From assembly GCF_001194135.2 (NCBI RefSeq), contig NC_068982.1, positions 146,723,696 through 146,771,760 on the forward strand: a stretch of 48,065 bases of DNA, in the 5' to 3' direction. Below are positions 36,288-48,065 of the stretch, one piece after another. A model generated the notes under the pieces. That model saw only the letters and a list, made by a program, of their open reading frames with translations, searched no databases and was not told the origin of the DNA. The translations under genes were made by a program, and so were the position numbers. The first letter of the stretch is position 1. Each line of letters begins with the position of its first letter. This DNA comes from Octopus bimaculoides. Taxonomy: Eukaryota.

Positions 36288-39200
36288 ATCGTATGAAAAG
36301 TTTTTTTCTTTAATAGATATTTGAAGTAGACATCCTTTTTATCACCGCCACTTTCAAATTTAAGTTTTGCAAAATTACTGTTTGTACTGTATTAGCATTA
36401 CAGAAGATGGCTAGAAAGAGACCATTAAGCAATGGAAAAGAAGTTACTTGGCGTTAAACTTGATGTTTTACGAAGGTTTCATGCGAGGAGAATATCTCAG
36501 CCATATTGCAAACAAGGGAAATGATTGCAACGTGGGGAATTGGAATGTACATGGTAAAAAATTATTGTTTCGCTTGAAAGATTTTGCTTTTCTGGGCGTA
36601 CGAACTTACACAAAACTACAAAATTTACTAACTTTTTACCGGTGCTGGCCACTACAATCAAGACCATTAACTGCCCAGATTTAAAAAAGATGCTTGCTGC
36701 AATGAGCTTTATAAGGAAAAGTTACCGAGTATGTAGATCAACAATGAAACTGAGCGTAATGTATTCATAAACATGACGTTCACCCAAGCCAAAGCTAGAA
36801 GTTTATAATCTAACATACTTCAATTTGAATATATACGCTCTACTACGTGTCTAAAAATGGTTATTTTCATAAATAAAAGTAGACATTATTTCCTCGGAAC
36901 AAAAGTAAAAGTTAAAAATAATACTTCTCTCCATAGGAATGCATCCCAATCTACCATAAGGAAAAAAGATGTTCCGCGTCGCAAAAATTCCACGTTTCGA
37001 TAAAACTTACATGAATGCAGACCTTCCGTAACGTGGGGAATTGTTCTATAAAAAATGTTCTAGCTTTAAAGTTGCGGTCATGCTTTTTACGTAATATTAT
37101 CAATAATAATATAAACATAAAAAAAAAGTTTCCCTTGAAGGATTTTGCTTCAAGTATCTTTTCAGGACATACGAACTTATTAGATTTTTGCCGGCGCAGA
37201 CCGCTACTTCTTTCTTCTAACTCTGTTTTTTATATAGTCTAATGTATAACCTATTATAGAAGGTGGCCTTCCTTCGGCATCATGATGATTACAAAGCTAA
37301 AACAGTATTTGGCCCAAGCACTTGGTGGCCCACCAAATAAAACTTGCCCGTTCTCATCTTACGCTTGACCGGGGTTTGCAGCCTGATCAAAAGTAATGCG
37401 ATTAGGAAGTAAATAGACATGGTTTACGAATATAAACCAGTGCAACATTTGTGATTTATATAATGGAGAAAAGGTCCGCAACAAATGTCAGGCTCATTAA
37501 TATGTTTTTTGTTTTTTTTTTTCACTTGAGCTCAACGACAGAAAAAATTCTATTTCGTTACGTTAAGTAAATTTTTCATATCGTTAAAACCTACAAAATG
37601 TGGTAATGCTGCTCGATGGAGGTTGATATATGACTTCTTTAATTTGTCAATTATGTGGCATCACTATACGCTCTACATTCGGCCGCTTCCATATTTATCG
37701 TTGCTGTAGCGAGGTTTTGCTTCGAGGTTTTAAAAAGAATAAGTACTGCAGTTTCTCGAAGCACCTGAGGTTATCGTCGTATTTTATGATATATCTGTCC
37801 TTGTGTGACGTATTGGCCTTTGTTGTTGATTTAAAGCAAACTACAGCCACGTCTGACCGTCAATATTGACTTTAGCCAGAACAAAATGTGATAAGCCGAG
37901 TTCGTCGACATGACTCGGTAATTTTCCCAGCTTACTAATACCGACCTCAAAGGACACACATTTTTTTACACGCACTACTGTATAAATATATAAATAAACA
38001 AGTATAAGGGTGTATGAGTGTGTGAGCGCGCGCACGCGTGTATATATATAATATATGTGCGTGAGTGCATGCACGTATATATATANNNNNNNNNNNNNNN
38101 NNNNNNNNNNNNNNNNNNNNNNNNNNNNNNNNNNNNNNNNNNNNNNNNNNNNNNNNNNNNNNNNNNNNNNNNNNNNNNNNNNNNNNNNNNNNNNNNNNNN
38201 NNNNNNNNNNNNNNNNNNNNNNNNNNNNNNNNNNNNNNNNNNNNNNNNNNNNNNNNNNNNNNNNNNNNNNNNNNNNNNNNNNNNNNNNNNNNNNNNNNNN
38301 NNNNNNNNNNNNNNNNNNNNNNNNNNNNNNNNNNNNNNNNNNNNNNNNNNNNNNNNNNNNNNNNNNNNNNNNNNNNNNNNNNNNNNNNNNNNNNNNNNNN
38401 NNNNNNNNNNNNNNNNNNNNNNNNNNNNNNNNNNNNNNNNNNNNNNNNNNNNNNNNNNNNNNNNNNGAGTGCGTGCATGTGCGATTGTAGCGATGATAAC
38501 GGTTGAATGCGTTCAATCGGCTGAGCTTTACACGAGTTACCTGAAGTCTAGTGCCGACAAAGTAAGATCTCGATAAGAGGATATGGTGCTAGTCTATAAT
38601 ACAACACAATAGATACTAGTTTAACAATATATGTAGATTCGCTTGTTTGTTGTTTATTTCTTTTATTTACTTCATTATTTTGTAGTTATTTATGTATTCT
38701 TGTTTCATCTTACTTTTATATCATTCATTCTACCCTATGATATTTGAAAAATATATTTCTCGCCTAATTCATTCAAGAGATTATTAGAAAAATTGGTAAC
38801 GGCATTGAAAAGACTAAAATTATATTTATTTACTTTTATGTGTTTCTATATATTTATTTATTTTTTTTTTATTATATTTCTTCTTTTAGCGTGTGCGGAC
38901 TATGCATTCCTTGTTTGTTAGTTTCTCCCATAAGGGGTCAAATTTTAGCCTCAGGCGCAAACACCTGTTCAACCGAGGTGATACATGCATACGCGCTCAT
39001 ACACAAAGAAACACATACATGCATGCATACATACTCACATTCGCACATGCATAGACACACAAGGACTTATACATGGAGATGTGTATACACTTGTCTACCT
39101 TGGAAATTGAAGCGTATAATTCGCCACTCTAAACTTGAAAACAAATCCCCTTCTGAATCAGGTGTGACTTAGAAACCAAGAATAAATATATAATACAGAT

Positions 39201-39316
39201 TTTTGCTTCATTGGAGAAACTAGGAGTTTTGGGTTAAACCTTTTACACTCAGAATCTTGTAATTATTCGAAGTACCTGAGTTGTATGTATGTACGAAAGT
39301 ATGTATGTAATGTATG

Positions 39317-39357
<41 letters not shown>

Positions 39358-39904
39358 GCATGTATGTATGTACGTATGTGCATGTCTGTATGTAGATATG
39401 TATGTATGCATGCATGTATCTATATGCGTATATAAGCATGTATGTAATGTGTATGTATATATGTATGTATGTATGTATTCATGTATGTACGCATGTATGT
39501 GCGTACATATGTATATATTATCTAAGTAATAATTTTATATTCGGCTACACACCATGTAGTACGCTGTTTAAAGCCTGTTCACAGTATTCGGCTATCTGAT
39601 GTCAACAACAGTATGGCGGTATATGCCATTGGATTTACTTCCGGAATTCCTTTGTGTCCGTAGAGTTTATAAAACAATATGATAGAAAGAAAATGGAATT
39701 CACTAGACTCTTTATTCACTACGATCATTTCGACCCATCATGCACAAGTACCTTACAGGTGAGATAGTGTACAAACAGTTGTGTTACATCGTAGGTGCAG
39801 ATACGTCACTTCAGGTGAATTTTCTTGCCGGTTTACTTATTTCTATAACAATACATTTTGGTAATTGTAGCGTATTACGCGTCTCCGTAAGGAACTTAAT
39901 TTCC

Positions 39905-40045
39905 GCCAACCAAATCCACTCACAACGATTTGGTGGGCCCGAGGCTATAGTAGAAGACAGCTAGCCCAAGGTGTCACTCAGTGGGACTGAGTCCGGAAGC
40001 TTATGGTTGAGAAGCAAACTTCTTACCACACTGAGACGCCTGCGT
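39905..40045 (-). mobile_element. SINE A 5' part
   Basis: caaatccactcac..ggcccgaggctatagtagaagac..cttaccacac. Confidence 0.75.
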
Positions 40046-40048
40046 CTA

Positions 40049-40122
<74 letters not shown>

Positions 40123-40149
40123 NNNNNNNNNNNNNNNNNNNNNNNNNNN

Positions 40150-40186
<37 letters not shown>

Positions 40187-40520
40187 CATGCATATGTATC
40201 TATGTACGTATGTATGTGTGCATGTATGTATGCATGTGTGTGTATATATATGCACACACATACGAATATAGAATAAAATATATTTCGACTGGGACTCTAA
40301 GTTTCTCCTGACGGCTTATTCAACCGGTCTATGGTGTTGTTTTCGTTAAACATGTAGCAAAATAATAATCGTTACTGAATATTTATATACATGCGTCCCT
40401 GGAAAAATGTATATAGCTATATACACACAGACTTGCATATATACATACACATATATATACACATATATGTGTATGTGTGTCATGATACATACATATATAC
40501 TCACGTAGAAACATACTTAC

Positions 40521-40561
<41 letters not shown>

Positions 40562-42524
40562 NNNNNNNNNNNNNNNNNNNNNNNNNNNATATATAAGTAT
40601 ATATACATATACCTATAATGGAGAGTATTCATTAGCTCAAGTGAGGAGGTAATGCGAATTCATAAGCGATTCTTGTCTGGTTTCGTATATAATCAGATGA
40701 TAAGTACAGAGCGTAATGTTAATTAACCAATGTCTTCATTTTAGATGAAGCTATTACATATCACACTATCACGCAGTACCGTGTGTGCTATTCCTTATAG
40801 CTGTTCCTTGTATCTGATCTTTATAGCAATTCCTTATAACATCTCCTTATAGCCCTCGTATTAAAGCATAAAGTCAAAACAATACTCTGCCATCTGATAT
40901 CGCAACAGGCAGGACTGAACATATGTATACTCTGCTGCAGTTGCTGGTGCAAGATTGCAGTTATTGATTGTTGTTGTAGTATATGGGTGTGTCTATAATG
41001 CTGCATTCGCGCTTGCGTGTATCACTTGCTAATTGTATAATTATAACTCTTGTGACGTCTGCATTTCAATTAAGGGGAATTGAGGATTATATCATAACTA
41101 TTTTTCTGAGAATATTAAAGCCCTGTTTGAACGAGACAAATTTTAACAACTTCCCTGAAGGTAACTTGATTTCCGCTAGGTAATTTTTGCTCTCTACAAC
41201 ATACTGAAATGTAACTAAACGACTGACGGATGTTAAGTGATTCGCTCTGTAAACAAGAAACCGAAGCTATCGGCATTACATTATAACTGCAACTAACATA
41301 GTAAAATATATATATATCTATTTATAATATATTTGTCAGTCTCAATGTTTGCATATATCTTTTACTCGCATATATCGGCGAAGGACATAAATATCGAAGA
41401 GAACAAAAGAAAATAACTGTTTTACGAACGAATTCCCTTGAGACATTTGTTCTGCATCAAATTACAGATATCGCCCTCGTCATCACAAATTTAAAGAAAT
41501 GTTGATTGACTTGTTGGAAATCTGCATCTACCAACGCTGGTGTTCACTAATTACGTTACAAAATAAAAACAAATACAGATAAATATCAAGTATATCTCAT
41601 ATTGCCAAACTTTTCCTTATTCCTCTTTGTGATAGTACAATGATGAAACCAGTACACGAACTTTTCTTTGCGATAGTGAATCACTTTTCTCCTTAACATA
41701 ACTTAATTTTTCAAGATATTTCTAAATTTAAAGTGCAAACACAAAGTCATCTGTAGGTTTTTTTCACGTTTCAAACAAAAGAACGGTCGTAAATTAACCG
41801 CTATCACTTATTCAAATCCTCTCTTGGAATAAACCATATGTCATTATGAACGTTATCAGGTGCACAGATTGCCATTCATCAAGCGACGAAAAATTCTTCC
41901 AAAGAATCGCTGTTGAAGATCAAATGAAGGGAAGTATTTATGGGTAAAAAGATATCACTGTAAAATTTAATGATGTCACACTATACACTTTATAATTTAA
42001 TTAAGAAATGTATTCTTACACAAATAAGGAGATAGACACACACACATACACATTCATTTAGACAGACACTCCCTCAGATATACGGTCACTCAGGCACAGC
42101 CTCATACAAACTCATGAACATACATATGCGTTCACGCACACAAATGCATATGTGAATAAACGTGCATATCAACGGACACACATACATACATGCATGAATC
42201 CATCAAACCATGCGTATATACATTCATACATACACCCACTTATAGACGCATGCAATACTAGGCGTCACCATACCAGAAAAGACACAGCTAATTACATTAC
42301 AATAACAAAGCTTTAATGGGACTTTGAAAATCTGCAAAACATTGCAGAAGTTTGGTCAAGAATTACATATGTAGGGCAAGTAAAAAATTATATGCACATT
42401 CGTCAAAACTTTCGTTGGGTTGACTGCACTACTTTCAACGCACGCATGCAAAAAATAATACAGACGCAGTTACGTAACTTGGGTTTAACCATAATCAGTC
42501 CAGTTTTCTTTCTTGTTTTACAGA

Positions 42525-43292
42525 GAAAACAGTCACTCTGCAGGCAGTGTGACCAAGGAAGTACAGAGATCAGTCACCCGACTTCTTTGGTCTGAAGGTG
42601 TGCTAAGGGTTGAAATTCATCTCAAACTTTCAGTACAATACGAGGACAGCGCTTTATTGCGTAGAAGTGTGTATGAGTGGATTGAGAAGTTTAAATTGAT
42701 CGGACAAGCGTGAAACACGAAGAGGGATCAGGACGGCCATCAACCTCCAACACTGATATGATGACTCAACAAGCTCGAGAGATGGCACCTCATCGAGTGA
42801 CCATCGATGAGGCGGCTTGCTCTCAACAATTTAGTCATGGTTCTGCATACGAAATCTTCCTCGACTTGCTTCGCTTCTGTAAAAGTTTGTGTGAGATGAG
42901 TTTCAAGGGATATTACCAAAGCACAATCGTGTGGAGATCTATCAACGCTTACTCGACCACTACAGAGACGAAGACGAAACGTTTTTGGAGAGATAGTCAC
43001 AGGAGATGCGACCTGGATCACCACTTTGAGCCAGAACCCAAAAGGCAGTGTATGGGGTGGAAACACCCGGAATCGCCAGCGAAAAAGAAATCTGAGACAC
43101 AGCATTCCGCAGAAAATGTGATACTAACCATTTGGTGAGACGAAAGCGGGCCAATGATGGAACATTATCAGGAGAAAGAATCTACAGTTACACGTAGACT
43201 ATAATGAAATGCTGGTCGACAAACTGAAACCAGTAATTCAGCACCAAACGCCGAGTTCCAATGTCAGAGTAAGTGTTATTGTTGCACAATGC
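42525..43292 (+). pseudogene. Decayed mariner (Tc1/mariner) transposase, truncated near the second catalytic Asp
   Basis: QRSVTRLLWSEG, RRSVYEW, GSGRPS, KVCVR*VSR (WVPREL box), IVTGDATWI/HHFEPE, MEHYQEK, VLLLH-NA; stops and frameshifts. Confidence 0.85.
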
Positions 43293-43431
43293 CTTGAGTT
43301 TCGCAATGACAAAATTAAATAAATCACCCCAACAAAAAATACATAGGTAGATACATACATACACTTTTAGAAGATAAAAATTAGCAAAACCTAAAATTCA
43401 ATGGATAAATGAATGTGGAAAGGGCGATATA

Positions 43432-43609
43432 CCGTATTTTAACGTGTATAAGGAACCCTTTTTTTGTCAAAAATTAGGTTAAAAAATATGGAAGTTTCTT
43501 ATACACGGATAGTATTATAATCCCTTAAAAAACCTTTTTTCCAAATGTTAAGCCCCCAAAATTAGGGGTTTCTTATACACGAGGGTTCCTTTTACACGTT
43601 AAAATACAG
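43432..43609. mobile_element. TA-flanked MITE (pogo/Tigger-like ends), 178 bp
   Basis: TA-ccgtattttaacgtgtataaggaaccct vs agggttccttttacacgttaaaatacag-TA (2 mismatches in 28); internal direct repeats tttcttatacacg. Confidence 0.8.
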
Positions 43610-43635
43610 TAAGTAAAAATATAATTGTGTATATA

Positions 43636-43738
43636 CAAGGTGCGTTCAAAAAGTATCCGACTTCAATGCGGATTTTGCCCACAAGGTATTTGTTTTGGCG
43701 GGAAAAAATTAAGTCAAATACTTTTTCGACGCATCTTG
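43636..43738. mobile_element. TA-flanked mariner-like MITE, 103 bp
   Basis: TA-caaggtgcgttcaaaaagtatccgactt vs aagtcaaatactttttcgacgcatcttg-TA (5 mismatches in 28). Confidence 0.75.
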
Positions 43739-43744
43739 TATATA

Positions 43745-44240
43745 AGTGCAGGCGAGGCTGTGTGATAAGAAGTTTGCTTCTGAACCACATGATTCCGGGT
43801 TCAGTCCCACTACGTGGCNNNNNNNNNNNNNNNNNNNNNNNNNNNNNNNNNNNNNNNNNNNNNNNNNNNNNNNNNNNNNNNNNNNNNNNNNNNNNNNNNN
43901 NNNNNNNNNNNNNNNNNNNNNNNNNNNNNNNNNNNNNNNGTGTGTGTGTGTGTGTGTGTGCATGTGTGTGTGGGGTAGTGGATGGATGTGTGTGTGTGTG
44001 TGGATGTGTGCGTGCGTTTCTTTGTGTTCGTCCCCCACGACCACTTGACTACAGGTGTTGGTTTGTTTACGTTCCTGTAACTTAGCGATTCGTCAAAAGT
44101 GAACGATAGAATAAGTACCAGGCTTGAAAAGAAAAAAAATTACTGGTGTCTATTCATTCGACTAAAAATTCTCCGAGTTAGTGCCCCAGCATGACTGCAG
44201 TCAAATGAGTGAAACAGGTAAAAGATAAAAGATAAAAAAT
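43745..44240 (+). mobile_element. SINE A with internal gap
   Basis: gcaggcgaggctgtgtgataagaag..; 3' part gatagaataagtacc..gtgaaacaggtaaaagataaaa. Confidence 0.75.
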
Positions 44241-46206
44241 ATAAATATATGTATGCGAATGCATGTGTGTGTGTGTGTGTGCGTGTATATAATATGTGTT
44301 GGGGGGAGGTAAGTAGGTCTGTGCATGTGTGTATCAATGTATGTGTTAAATACGTTAAGCCTTTTAATATGCGTGCTGCCACAACGATTTATTAATGCTC
44401 AGTAAAATTCACTTCATACATCATTGTCTTAAATTTCGGGCTCAGGAACAGGAATAGAACCACCCGGAACTCGCTCTGAGCACAACTGCTATCCTTACCT
44501 TTACGAAAATCTGTTCATATCACTACAGACAACAGTATCCATGAACGAGAAACTAAACCGTTATCTGTTACCCCCAATGGAGGTTTATATTCGTCAATTT
44601 TAAGCTTTGGGCTTTTAACATTATTCCATAAACTTCACTCCACAGTAGCAATAGCTCCCCATATCCTTTAATATGAAAATTGAGCTATTATCTTATTGTC
44701 TCTCGCATGGTTTTCTATTGTTTAGCTGTAAGCCGTTAACTGTTGATACTAAACTTCATTGAAATTTGACATAAATTTTAGTGAAATTTTAATCAGGACT
44801 GGAATTTCTCACCAAAGTAAAGAATACTTTTGTTCACCGTTTTGATGTTTTCCCCTAATTCAGCTTATGAGAACGAGACTAATTTATTGAATGACAGTCA
44901 GACCAACTTAGAATTTGTGAAATTTTTACTACTCAGAATCGATCCTTTATATTCGAATACAGAACTTTAATGCAATTTGGGTATTTTATACATTGTCAGT
45001 TTAGGGATCTCATCACAGAGTGAGGAAATCTGCTACAGGTACAATGTAAATCAGTACTACCTGTTCTCTGGTCGAGTGGTCAGCGACTAATCTGCCCCCC
45101 CCCCTACTTCAGTAGCCTGCTACTTTTGTGAGGAGGGTATCTAGACATCCAGCAGGACTGAAAGCAAGACCTGTCGAAAAGCGGACGAGATCCTTGCGGG
45201 CCAAGGGCCATCCAGTTGGAGAAGGCAATAGTAAACAACCCCCATATTTTAGCCAAGAAACCACTATGAGGATATCAGAAGGAAGTAACGCTATGGCTTC
45301 ATCCGAGTGGGGAACTCGCGCTTAAATGGGAAGCCTGTTGTTGTAATATCATCAACACGCTGCATAAAGCGTGTGATACATGGCTACGACAATACTCAAG
45401 AACGACTGACAAATTGAATTATCCCGATTTAAACTAGTTTGGTTTTATTCATCTCTGGTGCTCTAAGTGAACTGGTAAGAACACTTAATTCTCTACTCCA
45501 ATATTTACTTATTTGCTCGGCGTATCGAACAAACCTGATAGGCTGATAATCAATCGTGAAAATTGATACTTTGTCGGTTTAACATATTCAAACACATGTT
45601 AAGTCATTAAACATTTGCATATGCAGCTATGTCGATGGGTCTGAATGTATATATGCGTGCATAGAAATGAATACACATATATTTTACCTCGTTATCATAT
45701 CAGATATCCAACAGTTTATGCGATGTGTAGTTTTTAATTATTTATGTGTCTTTCGTGGCTAATTAGTCCAATTCTTAACAGTCATATATTTTAATGTTTT
45801 TGGCTTTGCCCTGAGGTCAGCCGTGTGTCTTAAACACGTGTCATACATCATTACTGGCTGGTATTTTTTTTCTTGCTGAATTTAGAATTTGGAAACCTTT
45901 ATGTGCTTAATCATCCTGTTAGAAACAAGAACCAACTCTTCCAAATGTCAGTTTTACCATTTTAGAACTGGAAGGATACATTGGATAATAAATCTACAGA
46001 AAAAATAAGATGGTCACAACTAGAAAATGTTTTATCATAAGTTTGCTTAAATATGATAATCCAAAATGATAATCATTAACAATTTCGATAAATCGTTGTT
46101 CGGTTTCGAAATTCGGTAAACACGTATCCAAGAGCTATAGTCAGACATGTTCTGTATTGACCGTGCCATGTTTTTCGTGTATGATTTGTAGCCAACTCGA
46201 TAACTA

Positions 46207-46413
46207 TTGGGTTGTCCGGAAAGTTCGTGCCGATTTATAGTAGCTTACCTTTCGACTTATTCTGGGAAGAGAGTCTTTTCAAGTTAAAGGAAAAATGGAG
46301 ACGAATTGTGTAATAAAATGGTTCATATTTGGTTGATTAAAAATGTAATGGCAAGTATTTATTGACCTTTTTCTTTCCTTTAAAATTCGGCACGAACTTT
46401 CCGGACCACCCAA
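46207..46413 (+). mobile_element. Internally deleted mariner element, 207 bp
   Basis: TA-ttgggttgtccggaaagttcgtgccgattt vs aaattcggcacgaactttccggaccacccaa-TA; retains C-terminus FWEESLFKLKEKWRRIV**NGSYLVD*. Confidence 0.85.
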
Positions 46414-46699
46414 TATATTACTATTATTTATTTTTAGTTGCAACTGGAAATAATTGATTTGGTACTCTGAATACAGCCTCTTCAATGAATTTTTTGTCAA
46501 TACAGGTTTTTCTGTAAAACCGAATTAGAGGGTAAACTTAATTTGTTTCTCAGTTTAAGACTACCATCCGGTCCTGATGTGCCTTTGAGCATAGTTTATT
46601 TTGTTGCAAACATTTGAATTGATCTCCAGTGTGAAGACAGCTCAGTAATTTATTACACTGTTTTCTAACTTGCAATCAGTCATGGAGTGGTGAATGTTC

Positions 46700-46885
46700 G
46701 TGCGTAGAAACAAAGTACTCAATACATCAGTTGAAGTGTAGACAAATTTCTTGGGTCGTTATATCAATTAGTAAATGTTTGTGCTTAGAAACAAAATACT
46801 CAATACATCAATTAGAGTGTAGACACGTGTCTCTTGGGTCGTTACATCAATTGGAGTATAGACAAGTTTCTTGGGTCGTTACACT
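46700..46885. repeat. Local tandem duplication (three ~37-bp units plus a duplicated leader)
   Basis: acatcaattggagtgtagacaagtttcttgggtcgtt-like unit x3; gtgc.tagaaacaaa.tactcaat x2. Confidence 0.8.
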
Positions 46886-47391
46886 GAGCTTTATGATATT
46901 GATTAATCAAAGGATCGAAGTAAGGAAAATATTCGCAAACATTTGGGGACGAAAAAACATTAGAAAATGCGTTCCTTCCCCATATTCACATAGTTGTGAA
47001 AATAGCTTTAGAAAACTGGGTAAAGTACCCGTATGTATGGGGAAAAAATGACCAACAGGTGTTACAGAGAAGTGGACTCTGTACCTCTCAAATTCCAACT
47101 GAGGGTCTGTACAATTGAGCTAAAAGATACCATCATTTTGTCAACCGCTCGATGTTTCAATATTTGAAAGCTCCTACTTTCCAAAAAGCTATTATATAGC
47201 GTTATAAAAGCCGGTGATCGACCAAGGATCGTTTAGATCAATGGCAAAAATCACTCAGCTAGTTTGAGAGGTTCAGATTTCGATTCTGTGAAACGGTAGC
47301 CTAGCCACCTTTTTATTCCGAGTGCTTTACCCGATTTTCTAAAGCTATTTTCACAGCTGTTCTCCTGCATTAGAGGTTTTCGTAATTTCTA

Positions 47392-47436
<45 letters not shown>

Positions 47437-47460
47437 ACTGTTTGTGAATGCACAATTATG

Positions 47461-47499
<39 letters not shown>

Positions 47500-48028
47500 T
47501 CACACACACACACATATGCCATAAATATGTGTGTTACGATATCATTTGTATATTTTATTGTTTGGTTGTTGTTCAACTTCTTGTATTATTTTATTTATTC
47601 AACTGTTTACTTATTTATTGTCTCTATATCAAGGCGCGTATCAATTCTGTAGCAAGAGACAAGTGAGCGGAAAGCTGGTCCCGCCTTCTTCTAAGATATG
47701 TCAGCAGTTAAAAACCCTTATGCACATGTTTAAGAAAACCTACAGAAGCTACGTAAAACTATCTTCAATTTGTTGTGTAAACTTCATAAGAAATAAGTTA
47801 TTTAGTGATCACCTCGCAATTTATATATTTTTGTCCCATTTTCCATATATTTTTCTTTTTGCCCCTTTTTGTATTACCATCCAGTTTGGGAACAAGTGTT
47901 ATCATTTCAGTTTGATATATGCTTCTCTATCTCATTATTGTAGTAACTAAGACCCCAATTCAGTTCTGATCCAGCAACCATCAAAACACACATTTGCGCG
48001 TGCACGCACACACTCACACACACACACA

Positions 48029-48065
<37 letters not shown>

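Noticed and set aside
37745-37830. Minus-strand QGQIYHKI resembling a Helitron Rep motif
   Set aside because: Only 8 residues match, flanks do not fit, and a stop follows.
39759-39814. Isolated plus-strand exon candidates (GEIVYKQLCYIVGADTSLQ; also 31430-31453)
   Set aside because: Mediocre acceptors, no phase-consistent neighbours, and downstream of the predicted stop.

Overview
Eukaryotic, AT-rich, repeat-dense draft-assembly DNA with about 13 N-gaps and many microsatellites. The SINE and RTE repeat repertoire looks like an Octopus (coleoid cephalopod) genome; this is recognition from memory, not a database hit. The left ~20.5 kb is the 3' part of a spliced + strand gene. It has about 7 well-supported short exons, and their phases join directly at most junctions (the 12095-12870 junction is ambiguous), giving a helical-looking protein I cannot name. 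A tentative stop lies at 20488-20490. Its introns are CpG-depleted and carry relics of RTE, R4/Dong-like and HERO-like non-LTR retrotransposons, SINEs and piggyBac-like MITEs. The right ~27 kb is CpG-rich and repeat-filled (SINEs, a decayed mariner transposase, TA-flanked MITEs), with only weak minus-strand exon candidates. The most notable signal is a small element at 22375-22705 with a tRNA-derived head, a minimal type I hammerhead ribozyme motif, a 13-bp target-site duplication and a Penelope-style inverted end. A second, unrelated hammerhead-like motif lies at 2896-2973. Most ORFs in the supplied track are gap or microsatellite artefacts.
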